A DNA stretch of 63,966 nucleotides, the filler included, from Reclinomonas americana ATCC 50394 (lineage: Eukaryota), in the NCBI GenBank assembly GCA_048213135.1. It is 13 parts of 13 records of this genome, joined end to end, with 100 filler letters (N's around TTAATTAATTAA, not from the genome) between each part and the next. Parts side by side here need not be neighbours in the genome. Positions count along the whole stretch, not along the records: positions 1 to 11,205 come from AFZH01019299.1; positions 11,306 to 22,909 come from AFZH01019300.1; 11 more parts are not named here. One strand, given 5' to 3'. The translations under genes and the position numbers were made by a program. Shown piece by piece: positions 1 through 11,323 of this stretch; within the stretch, counting starts at the first letter, position 1; each line of letters begins with the position of its first letter. Below the pieces are notes generated by a model. The model was not told where the DNA came from. It searched no databases and saw nothing but the letters and a program-made list of their open reading frames with translations.

Positions 1-102
1 ACGACGACGACGACGACGTACGTACGTACGAGTACGTACGTACGTACGTACGTACGTCCGTCCTACTACTACGTACTCTACTACTACTCTCTCTCTACTC
101 TC

Positions 103-161
<59 letters not shown>

Positions 162-462
162 TCTTCTCTCTCTCTTCTCTCTCTTTCTCTCTCTCTTTCA
201 CTCCCTCTCCCTCTCCCTCTCCCTCTCTCATTCTCTTACACACACACATTCTCCTCACTTGTTCTTCTCTCCCCTGCTGTCTGTATTTGCAATCGTGAAA
301 TGCGTGCGCATCAGAAGGAATCGCAGGTGATGCGCATTTGCGGCCGGAGTTGTTGACAGGGGCCAACGAGCACATGCGCTGATGAAAGGATCATGTATCA
401 GATGCGCGCGACTCAAGATAAGAACGAGAATTCAATCGATCGTCTGAGCGCATGGACGTTCG

Positions 463-1277
463 TTGCAAGTTGCATGGGCCGGGGGTTTATCGAGCAGCGT
501 TGCTCAATGTCAGCTCGTCATTGGCGCTCCTCTGACGATTCCTTTGTGCAGCGCGGCAGCTGCGATTCCCGTATGTAATCAATTTTTTCTAACACGCGCG
601 AGAGAGTGGGATGGCCGGCGCCAGCGACTTGTGGTGCTGCAGCTGGCCAGCCGCGGAGCCGACGATGGAGATGCCTGTGCAACCGAGCAAGGTGATGCCA
701 GTGGCGCACGGCACCGTCAACTCATTCTCGAGCGAACGTGCAGAGGAGGCCAAGGAGAGTATCTCGGCGAGTTATGTTTCGACGATGGAGTCGGCGCTTG
801 CTCACGTGCGTCACTCTCGCGTCACTCGCGATTGCCGTGTTCGTCGTAAACGAGTGTGTACCTGCTCACCAGCCTCTCGTGTACACCACATGCGCAGTCA
901 TCCAAGCCAGATACTCGGGCATCATGGGCAGCATCCGAGCGGTTCTACAACTTGAAGGTGAGATCCAGTGACGAATACGATGGCAATGGTCGTTGCAGGC
1001 ATCGTTGTCGACAGTGGCGCAACGCGTGACAGATGTGGGAGTTGTATTTGTCAGTCTCGTGTCGGATGACGAGGTCTCTGAGCACACGAACAACGAGGTT
1101 GGGAAGCGCCCCTGGTTGTGGCGCGCCTACCTCCTACCTATCTATCCAGAGGAGTTGTTTGTTATCAAGAAAGGCGGGGCGACCGTAGCTAAGGTGCTTC
1201 GCGCGTTGGACTCGACAACTTACCAGCACATTGTTCAGGGTAGACGTCGAGACTCTGCAGATGAGGAGGAAGAATGA
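463..1277 (+). CDS. Hypothetical multi-exon protein; C-terminus weakly resembles a SUFU-like domain (5' end uncertain)
   Basis: Two phase-0 GT-AG introns join ...ESALAH|SSKPDTRASWAASERFYNLK|ASLSTVAQRV...WRAYLLPIYPEELFVIKKGGATVAKVLRAL...EEEE*. Family resemblance is from motif recall only. Confidence 0.4.
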
Positions 1278-4177
1278 TAGTCGGGCTTGTATATGCTTGC
1301 GCAAGCACACAGCTCGTAGTAAACAAAGTGATGTGGATTCGGAGAAGACCTGAATAGCACTGACCTGGCTTCTCTCAGCGATCAGCATAGATCTGGCAGA
1401 TCAACTGTCCGCAGACCGAGCACGACCTAGGGCTCGCCGATCACAGATCTTTCGCAGCAAACACGCAGATCGAGAAGAGCAGTGGTTTGTCGTGCTTCCA
1501 GATCGCAAGCTTTGTCGCTGTCGCTCTGCACAGTTCTATTGCAGATGCACAATGGTCTCTCCGAGACCAGTTTTCGGTTGTTGTCAGCGCTGTGCCATAT
1601 CTGAATGATACGAGGCGAGATCGCTATCCAGCGCTGGATGGTGCGAACTGAGATTTGTTGGGGTCTGTACAGAAACTGAGTCGAAAGATCTATCCAGATC
1701 GTCAACAGATTGAACTTTATTTATGTACATTTCGTTCTAGATCAGAAAGATCGTTACAGGCCTGGGTGCCGGCCCATGAACTCTTCAGAGAGGCTTCGTC
1801 TGCGGCAGATCTGGAGAGATCCTTCTCAACAGCGATACGATCTGGCTATATCTGGATAGATTGTGCGAACCTGGGTGTGTAGCTTCCTCTCCCTTCTATA
1901 TCTTTCTCTCTCTCCCACCTTTCTCTGCATCACTCTCCCTCTCTCTGTGTCCCACACACACACACACCGTTGGTTGCCGCATGCGTCTTTGAGTGAGTTT
2001 CGCATGCCGAGCATCTTCTGCACTCTCTCCATCGACTCCGTGCAATTGATCCCACTCGTGCTCTCCTTCTCCTCTTTCTCCGATTCCTATTTCTTGCAGA
2101 ATCCTTTTCCTCCCCCAATTCAGGCCCCCTATGCATGCATAAACAACAGCTCCCGCCATGCAGGAGGGCGGCTGGCATGCAATCGGTTTTGCCTCACTTC
2201 ACCTGTCCGACAGTTCAACCGATTTCTCCTTTCCCACTCATGAGAATGACGGTGGTGGTGGTGATGGTGGTGATCGCTGTGCCTTGTGTGTTTGTGTGAG
2301 CAAGAGTGAATGGAGCAGAGGATGGGAGGAGAGAGAGCGTGTTTTCTTGTTGGTGAGCGAGATGAAGAGAGAAAGAGAGACAGGAGCGGAGGAGGGACGC
2401 ATCGACCGCACTGTTGTAGCTGTGCTGCACATTCCACGGTGAGTGTTTGCGTGTGTGTTGTGTGCGTGTTGTTTTCGTGCAGATGGACGCGCAGCGAGAG
2501 AGACAGACAGAATGAGTCGTGTGTGTGTGCATTCTTTGCGTGCATTGGCTGTCACAATCATTCTCTCTCGTTCTCTTCCTCTTGCTCTCTCTCTCTCTCT
2601 CTCTCTCTCTCCCGTCACGAACACGGCTGTATGTCTGCTGTTTCTCCGCCCACACGCATCTCTTGTTTTCACTCTCTTCCTCTCTCTTTCTCTCAACTCT
2701 CTCTTCCTCTCCTCCTCCTCTCTTGCTGAGAGCACGACTGTCTGTGTCTGCGTGCATTGATTCGCCAGTGCTCCGCATGATTGAGCAGTTTTTCTGCCAA
2801 ACGCGTTGCACTCACTCGCTCACTCTTCACTTCACTTCCGCCTTCCTTTCTCGACATCATCTCTCTATGCCACCTTTTCTTCTCTCTCTCTCTCTCTGTC
2901 CTCCACTCTCTTATCGCCGCTCTTTTCTTCCTCCATCGTTGCGTATTATCTCCACTTCTGCCATCTTTCTCTCTTTCTTCTCTTCCCGCCCCTTCTTTCT
3001 TCCTCTTCCTTTCCTTCTTCATCCCTCCCGCATTGCTCTCCCTATCACGCACATTGCGCATCGTTCGTCGTCCACCTCTTTCTCTTCTCTCTTTCTCTTT
3101 CCCGCTTGAGCTCCTTTCCTTCTTCATCACTTCCTCCCTTTCCCTCAATTCCTTTCCTTCTCCTTCCCTTCTTTATTCACTCTTCCTACCCTGATTCGGC
3201 ACACCCTCTTTCTCTCCTCTCTTCATCTCCAACCACTGCGTTCGCACGACAGTACTCACGACTGTGCAGTCCGCCGCTTGTTCCGTTTTCTATTCTTCCG
3301 AAGCAAAGAGGGAATGCCTCTGTGTGTGGTTGCTGTTGCTGCCACAATGAGCTGTCGGCTTGTAGAATGCAGAAGGAAGATCAGTCTTTGCGTGTACGTG
3401 AGGCAAGAAGTGGTGTGTGTGTGTGTGTGTGTTTGGAGAGAGAGAGAGAGAGAGGCCATCGATGAGATATAGGAAGGAGAAACCTCCACTATGGCACCCC
3501 ATCGTCCTGCTTTTTTGTCTCTCTTCACGCTGCGTACTCACTCATCAGCATGGTTTCCTGCTCTCACAGACGCTCTTGTTGATGATGCAAGAGACACTCA
3601 TGGAGCACGACTCGCTTCACCAGCTCCACCTCCATCTGGACGATAATTGTTTCCTCTTTGCCTCCACCAGACTTGTCAGCGGCCCTCAGTCGTTGCGCCA
3701 TCTCGTCGTCTTCTCCTTGAGTAGGAGGAGGAGGAGGAGGAGAAGGAGAAACGAGGTTGACTTGCTGGATGCGGCAACATCTTTTGGAGGTGTGTGCTCG
3801 TGTGCACAGTACAGCTGCGTCTCCCCACCAAAGGACACAAGCGCGGGAAAAGTGACCACGAAAACACTGTACGGTCTTTGTTGGTTGTCAAGTTGCCGGC
3901 TTTGGAACGGGGCCGAGGTTGTCCAGGAGATTGGCAGTTTTGTCGATCGTTTTGTCGTGACTGGTCTGAAAATGATTCTACATCGCGATCGCACATGCTG
4001 GAGGCCATTCTCTTTGGGTCTGACTTCTTGAATGGCACTGGTGAATACAGAATCCGACAACAGGGCAGTCCGACACTGTACTGCGTTCGTTCTTGTCCGG
4101 TCGCTGTCATTTCGAATTCGCGTGCACGTGTGAGAGCTCGATCGATATCGCGCGCATAGCCAATCTCGTCATTGTCA

Positions 4178-6010
4178 TGGGCAACGACAACGACTGCGCA
4201 GCATGTTGCGCCGTTGTGCTGACTGTGGCTGCAGGCGCAGTCATCGTCGCTGCTGGCACTGCAGCCTACGTGACCTCGGGATGTGCGGGATTCGTTTGTG
4301 CCGACCTCAGTTGTTTGTGCTGCAAACTGCGCTGCTGCCCGGAGCACGTGGTGAGTGTGAGTGTATGTCGTGTTCACGTGTCAGACCTCGGGTATCGCTG
4401 CGACTGTTGTGTATTGTCAGATTGCTGTATATATGTGCATTTTTCTTCTGTGCGCGCGTTCATGTGAATGTTGCATGCACTCGCGCGCGCGCGTGTGTGT
4501 GTATGTGTGTGTGTGTGTGTGTGTGTGTTACGCGAACACGAGTGACAGTTTGTACCTGTCCGTACACACTGTTGTCAGATTCGATTGCTGGAGGGTTTTT
4601 GTTAGACATTTGTGCCTCACTCGCTGTGCGTGCTCAGGAATGGACGGGAGAGCGATGCTGCTGCTTTGGAGCTGGATCATGCCCGCAATGCTGCCTGCTC
4701 AGGAATGTTGGCACTGGCTCTATCACGATTAGTGACTTTGCTCGCGAGCTGCGCTGTTGCGGACCTGCCAGACGAGTTCGCCGTCTGACCATTGGACCGT
4801 ACGAGCCACTGGAGGCACGCGGCACAGTGCAACATCCGTGGCTAAGTTGTGCTTATTTTGACAAATACTGCTGCTACTGCTACAAGTGCAAGTGGTGAGC
4901 AGACTCATTTCAGAACTGTTGCTTGCAGCCTGTGACTGACTCGCGCGTTATCTGCAGCTGTTTCAAAAAGCAACTCAAGAGTGGCCGAATCGACTTTGGG
5001 CCTGATCCTGGCCTAGTGTTGGGTCCGCTTCTTCCCAACCTTCAAGTTCTCGAACTCATCACCGCTGACGGCTCCCGCGTGCTGCAAGGGCAGCAAATCA
5101 TCAGTGCGATGAAAGCACTGCCGAATCTGCAGCGAGTGGTGATGTCATCCCAGGACTTTGTATGGACGGCGTACTCGGGTTGTTTCTACCCGATACCGTG
5201 CATATCGTTTCCTCGAGGTAATTAATTATACGACTGCGAAAAAAACTCGTGTGGCAACGAGTGAGTGATTGAATATATATGTGTGCACAGATTCTTTGAC
5301 CGAAGAGCTCGGCGAGACGCTGGTCAAATGCTGCCCACTGCTGGTGGATTTGCGCGTGAGGTCCATGGGCAATGCAGCAGCCGCAAGCCCTGCATCTCCC
5401 GCTGTTGTGTCGGCATCGACTGAAATTGTATCTGTTCGGCGGGCGAGCGATCAGTCGCTTGAAATCGCGTTGCGTCAGCAGCATGTTGTTGCCGTCGTCT
5501 CTAGCCTTCGAGGGTGGCCTGGTGCGAAATGGGTCATCGCCGGATGCGAGCACTTGTGCGAGACAAACAGTGAGTGAGAAGCTGTTCGCAAGGCATGCAG
5601 TAGATGTGGCCAACGTCTTTCTCGCGCGCAGATGACACCGGTTTCATCGAGTCTTGCCTGTCGACATTGCCCAGCGAATACTCAAGGACTGTGTTCAACC
5701 TCAGCGATGCCCGTCGTGCCATCCAGGAGCGTCTGACTGATGCCATGGTGCGGGAGATTGAAGCGGCGCAGAATCTCACCGCCGAGCGCTGGTCTCGGCT
5801 CACAGAGGTGAGACAGCGCGCATAGAATGGCGCCTGCTGTGACGTAACAATCGCTTGCATGCACGCAGATACCCCTGCATAGTGATCAGGTCAGACGAAT
5901 GAGAGCGTCTGTGCGCCGGCAGGTAACCGCACATGCTGCACTGCATGCTCGTGGGGCAGTGGCGTCCAGTTTTCTATTCAAGATCTCAATCACTGTGCGT
6001 GTGTGTGTGC

Positions 6011-6100
<90 letters not shown>

Positions 6101-9100
6101 AAATAGGAGCACGTGGTACCTGTTGAAGCACCACCTGAGGGGAACGGCGATGCTCGAGTGCCGGCCGTTCCGAATCAATTTGCACCTCTCCCTCCCGGTT
6201 CGCCCCCTCCTGATGGTACCAAAAACGCAAAATCCGCTGCGGTCAGTAATGCGCAGATTGAATCCAGAGAACCCTGCTGTAGCGCGCATTCTGAGGTTGC
6301 GCACTGTGTGTTATCTCAGGCTCCTCCTCCTTTGGATGCCCCGGGCCCTGCTGGTGGCGAAATGGTGTGTGCTGAACACAACTTTACATGCGTTCGACTT
6401 CAATCTGTTGTCATTCAAGGTTCTCCGTCTCCAGGATGTGACACCTTTGTCCGTTGCGCCAGCTGGCCGAGAATCGGTTTGCCCTGAGTGCGACTTATGT
6501 GCTGTCGCTGCTCCCCAACTCACAAAAACGGATCCTGATGTCAGATGACCTGCGCTCGTCTCAAACTCGCTATCCTTGGCGCCGGCGAAGTCGGCAAGAC
6601 ATCAATGGTGGAGCGGCTGACCAAAAACACTTTCACCAGAGAGCAGCATGTAGAAACCGAGGGCATGCTTGTGACACGATACTCTTTAGATGGTTGCACG
6701 CTGCATGGAAGTTCTCGCGAGACGGTAAGGGTTTCAGTCTTCGATTGTCGATTCTTGTGCAATTGCTTCCGATGCTCACTGCTCACTGCCAACACAGACG
6801 ACAAATGTTCGGCTGTGCATTTTCGACATGGGCGGACAGCACGATTACGGTGTGATTCATCGCCGCTTCTTGTCTCAGCGAACGGTGTACGTGGTGGTGC
6901 GGTATTCTCTTCGCTTCGTTGCCTCGATAGATACATCGGCACTCAGAGCTGATATTTGCACCAGGCAACCGAGTATCGAGCCCGAAATGTGCAACTTCTC
7001 ACACCGTGGCTTGATCTGCTGCGAATGCGCTCGCCCAACAGTCATGTGCTTGTGGTTTTCACTAAGGTTTGTGTGGGTGCCTGGGTGATACTGCAGCGGC
7101 TCAGGTCATTGAATCGGTAGTTGCCACGTGCGCATACACGCTCTTCCTCTCTCATTCGCGCAGGACGATGAGGGACGCGGTGAGCTGACGGCTGGCTTGC
7201 GAAATGAGCTTGATGCAATCGCTCGTCGCTATGCCGACTCGCTGCAGATTCACGTTGACCTCGCTTGCATTGTTTCGGCTGCCAACAACACTGGCTTTGA
7301 TCTGCTGAAAGATGCTCTCCGCCATGTGATTGCCCAGGTGAACATCGTTGAATATGCCGCAGTTTCCAAAGGATTCTAATTGTTGGTTTCATTTTCTTCA
7401 GCTGCCATTCCTGGCTGACGAGTTTCCGCGCACGTGGGTCACATTGGCACAAATGCTGGAGTCGCAGGCGCAAAGTGGATCGCGATTCATCACCACTGCG
7501 CAAATCGATCAGATGGCACTCCGCATTGGTTTCCGGCCGGCTGACGTGAGAGAGGGCTATGTCAGTCGAGTGGTCCTCGGGGCCTTGTGGCAGGTGTGTT
7601 AGTGAGTGTGTTGCACGATGTTCTTCGCAAGTCTTTGTTCACAACGTGTGGCGTAGTGGGGAGTATGTGCGACGTTCCAACCCCACAGCTTGATGTCGAC
7701 AATTGTGCTCCTGGACATGGCATTTTTGACGGCGCTTCTGGGCCGCATTCTGCAATGCCCGCTGGCGCTCCTTTCGCAACATGACGCGCTTGTGACTCTG
7801 GACTTGGCACAGCAACTATGGATCCCGTCGCAGTTCGGCCAACATGTTGTGCGTATCGATCGATATTCTCGATGCCAGCTGCTAAATTGCTGATGATATT
7901 GTGTGGGAAGAATATGATCGATTTGCTTCCGGCAGGGACTGATTGTGCGCCATTCTTCGATTTGATTGTTGCCATGGAGGTCGGCTCGCTGGTGGCACCG
8001 GGAACGATCCTCATTCCGTTCCTGCTGCCACTGCAACCGACAGATGAGGGCGATCAAGCCATGTTGCTTGAGACGAGCGAGTCACCACACTGGTCAATCC
8101 GTGCAAGCGCTAGCTCAAGTGCAGTGGCAACTAGAGGTGGCTTCGTCAGCAGTCCTACCAGCCGTAACATATTGGGCGCACTGGGATCGTTGGAGCAGTT
8201 GACGGGCCAACTGATGAGTGTTCTGAATCGCGTGGCGTCGGTGCAGCCGATTTGTTCAAGCGCCATGAAGTGCAAGTTTACTGACCTCCGGGCAGTGGCG
8301 TTGGTGCAGGTCGTGGACGGAGGCACTCAACTGTGTGTCCGCGTGATGCCATCTGATCGCGGTGGCCATGGGCAGTTGAAGGTGTCAGTGCGAAACTTGT
8401 CGCTGATGGTCGGTCACCTTCTTCTCCGCCTGCTGGCAGACGAACTCCCAGGATTTGTGGAAGAGCGCAGCATCATGTGTCCAGAGTGCGAGGATCTTGG
8501 TTTCGGCGAGAGAGCGAAGTTGTTCTGGGAGGTTTGCTGGCCATGGCGCTGCTGCTGTTCGCTCAGGCGTGAACTGATGTGGTTTGTGATGACGCTGCAA
8601 TTCTGTGTTGCGATGCGTGTGTGTCTGCTGTGCAGGAAGAGCTGCGTTCGCTGAGCAGGCATGTTGATCGCATCGAATGCGACGTGTGCGGAGCCTCGTT
8701 GCAAGTGGTCGACTTGTTACTGGAGGCACGCGACTCACGAATGATGCCCATTGCCGAGAGGCTGATGGCACCGACATCCGTGCGTGCAGTGTCAGCGTCT
8801 GCCGAGACTGTCGAATCGAGTGCTTCGCCAGGTCAGCGATGTGCATCAGTCGAGTCCCTCGATTGCTCTCACCCCGACGCGTCTGCACAGCGGCCTTCGC
8901 CGCTCTGCAATTGAGCCAAGTGCGGATGCAGCAACAGCTTGTGTGTCAGCTCGCTGATTTGGATCGTGCTGGCGCGCATCGCGATCGGACCCATGAACAT
9001 TTGCAGCATGTTGCGTCCTGCTGATTTCTCATCTCAAGTCGTGTGTTTCGCCTTGTATGCCTATGCGCGCCCACTAGGTTGACATTCAACAACTGCAACA

Positions 9101-10359
9101 CATGCACGATGCATTCACGCGTGCAGTCGAGCGCAACACGCATCTTCTCTGCCCGTCGGCTGTTGTGATGCTGCCTCAAAGACGGGCCGGAGAGGTCAGT
9201 GTTGTGCAGTCTGTACCAATGTGCATATGAACGTCAGCTCAAGCACAGCAATGTTCGCAATCAGGAGCAATGCTGGCTGGCCCATCTTCGCACTGCGCAA
9301 TCGAGCCTCGCCCCGACGTTCAAGATCCATGTTCTCTGTGAGTTCTCGCTGGCACTGAGTCCGGCGCTCGTTGATCGGTGTGAGCGTGACGCGGGTTTGG
9401 AGCCCAGTCGGTATGCTGTTGGTGACAGCGTGGGCAAGGTCAGCGATACAACGTTTTTCGCGGAAGGAAACAGCCCGTCTCGTCAGCTGAGAAAATGCTG
9501 TTCGCTTCCATGCAGGTTGTCGTTCCTCTGTGGCATATTAGTGAGGAACACGCGGGATTCGAAACCAAGGACATGCGAAAGTGGTCCAACAAGGGCGTGT
9601 TGGAATGGATGCGAGAGGGACTGATGGCTTTCCGGTACGAACATGTGACGGTGGCGGTGGTGAAAAACGCAGCGTGTCACTCATGTGATAATATCTATGC
9701 AGCATGTCTCGTGGCGGTCAGCTGGCGGGTTTCAGTGCTCAAGACATATTTGGCATGTCTGCTGAAGGAGCACCGCCAATTGGTGCTCGGCAAGTTCACG
9801 AGTTCATTGACGCTGTCTTACCGCTGCTGGAAAAGGCTGCTGTGGCGCGTATTTCTCTCGAGGACGACAGCGCGTCAGCGTCCACCGATTCCCTGCCGAT
9901 GCAAGAGGTGTGTGTCGCTGTAAAGAATCGGCTGAGCGCCGTGCTGACGATCTTGTCGCGCGCAGATCGAAATGCCTGTCAGCGTCGAACACAGCACGAC
10001 TGTTTTCTCGCAGGGAGCACCTCGGCGACGGGATGAGTTGCGGGCGAAGTTTGTTACAAGAAGCGCGTTGAGATGTTTCTGACCACCCACAACACGCCGC
10101 ATGCAGATCCGCGGCCCGCGCAGTCATGGAATTCCTAAAGATCCCATCAAAGAATCGAACGCAGATTGGAGGGTTGCATGCGACACTGGTGACTCGCGAT
10201 GCTCCGTGTGGCCGTGCAGGCACTTTCTTGTGGTGCTGTGCCGGGCATCATGACCTCATTCGGCGATGGAATGACACGACAATCGAGGACGAGATGGTAT
10301 TTGTTCGCGAGTCGTTGGAAGTGTGTCGGTGTGGCACACATGTGCTCAGTCGCATGTGA
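4178..10359 (+). CDS. Roco-family protein: Cys-rich N-terminus, LRR-like segments, Roc GTPase, COR domain, C-terminal extension, no kinase seen
   Basis: Spliced motifs: P-loop KLAILGAGEVGKTS (~6560), G3 IFDMGGQHDYGVIHRRFLSQRTVYVVV, G4 VVFTKDD, G5 VSAANNTGFDLL; COR-like PRTWVTL...ILIPFLLP and CPEC/CDVCG; later KIHVLCEF and FLWCCAGHH; LRR-like LPNLQVLEL, LPNLQRVVM, CCPLLVDLRV upstream. Start MGNDNDCAACC is inferred. Confidence 0.75.
5995..6099. repeat. (GT)n microsatellite inside a Roco intron
   Basis: Near-perfect GT dinucleotide run of about 100 nt. Similar (GT)n/(CT)n tracts at 87-230, 4495-4528, 22860-22909, 27858-27941, 57032-57083, 58110-58163 and 62938-63013. Confidence 0.95.
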
Positions 10360-11205
10360 CGCGCGAGGCTTAAACGCTGCGGTTCTTCTCACTCTCGTCT
10401 CTTTGTGAACGTATATGTGTGTTTTTTGTGTTTTTTCCAGTGACTCATGCGTCCACAATCGCTCTGGGCGCGCTCATTGGTGGATCCATTGGTGGTTCTC
10501 TGAGGTGCACTGCGAGAGTAACCTCTACTTTCTCCATCTCTCTCTCTCTCTTTGTTGTGTCTTTTTCACTCACTGGGTGTGTTTCTTTATTTTTTTGCGA
10601 TTCATATGCACTATTTCTTTTCATTGCGATCCGCTGCGTGCGCTGTGCACATGTGCTTCTTTGTCGGCAATGTATCTATATGTATACAGCATCAGCAACA
10701 ACAACTTTACTAATCCAAACAGCAACAGCTGCATGATGATCGCGGTCTTGAGTGAGAAACTCAGACATCACGGAAAAACGAGAAAAAGTCGAGTCGACGA
10801 ATGCTGCCGTTTCTGCAAGGGAAACCACGGCTCATGACAAGCATGGATTTGACGCCGAATTCCACAAAGGTAACGAGAAAGATAGCAAGAGGTGTTGGTG
10901 TCAGAACACACAGGAAAAACCAACAAAGCCAGGCAACGTGCAAGGAAGTCCGGGAAGGAGCGGTGTAAAGTTGTTGCATGTAAATCCAACAACTCATCCA
11001 ACCAATCAAAATCGACTTATCCAAGCGCGCGCGAAACACACTCAGTGGTCTCCCTGCTGTCTTTCTGTCTCTCCTCGCTCTCCTCCATCACCATCAACAC
11101 ACACTCAGAGTACGCGGTGAACGGCGAGCACTCGCACCGTCAATCTCTTCCACTCTTCCCCTCCCTCTCCCTCCCTCACTCACTCTCCACCTCTCACTCC
11201 CCAGT

Positions 11206-11305
11206 NNNNNNNNNNNNNNNNNNNNNNNNNNNNNNNNNNNNNNNNNNNNTTAATTAATTAANNNNNNNNNNNNNNNNNNNNNNNNNNNNNNNNNNNNNNN
11301 NNNNN
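11206..11305. other. Artificial scaffold-gap linker N44-TTAATTAATTAA-N44 (first of 12)
   Basis: Same 100-nt linker, with stops in all six frames, at 22910, 27975, 34756, 36826, 42259, 49470, 52447, 54546, 57084, 60231 and 62838. Confidence 0.98.
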
Positions 11306-11323
11306 CCCCCCCGCCCACCTCCC

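Noticed and set aside
1..90. (ACG)n/(TACG)n repeats at the window start and at 27941-27974, resembling a telomere or satellite
   Set aside because: They sit at sequence ends next to microsatellites and follow the TACG flow order of 454 pyrosequencing, so they are most likely read-end noise.
950..1000. Apparent in-frame TGA (GEIQ*RIRW) suggesting stop-codon reassignment
   Set aside because: It lies in a 41-nt GT-AG intron. The reconstructed genes read in the standard code and end in TAA, TAG or TGA.
3676..4110. Minus-strand ORFs divergent from the Roco gene
   Set aside because: No recognisable domain or consistent splice pattern, and two overlapping frames are equally plausible.
6725..6797. 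Roco intron whose in-frame translation (VRVSVFD) mimics the next exon (VRLCIFD)
   Set aside because: Nucleotide similarity is low and short, and the 73-nt GT-AG intron has a normal donor; probably coincidence.
11206..11305. Recurring TTAATTAATTAA motif
   Set aside because: Artificial six-frame-stop linker inside N gaps; not biological.
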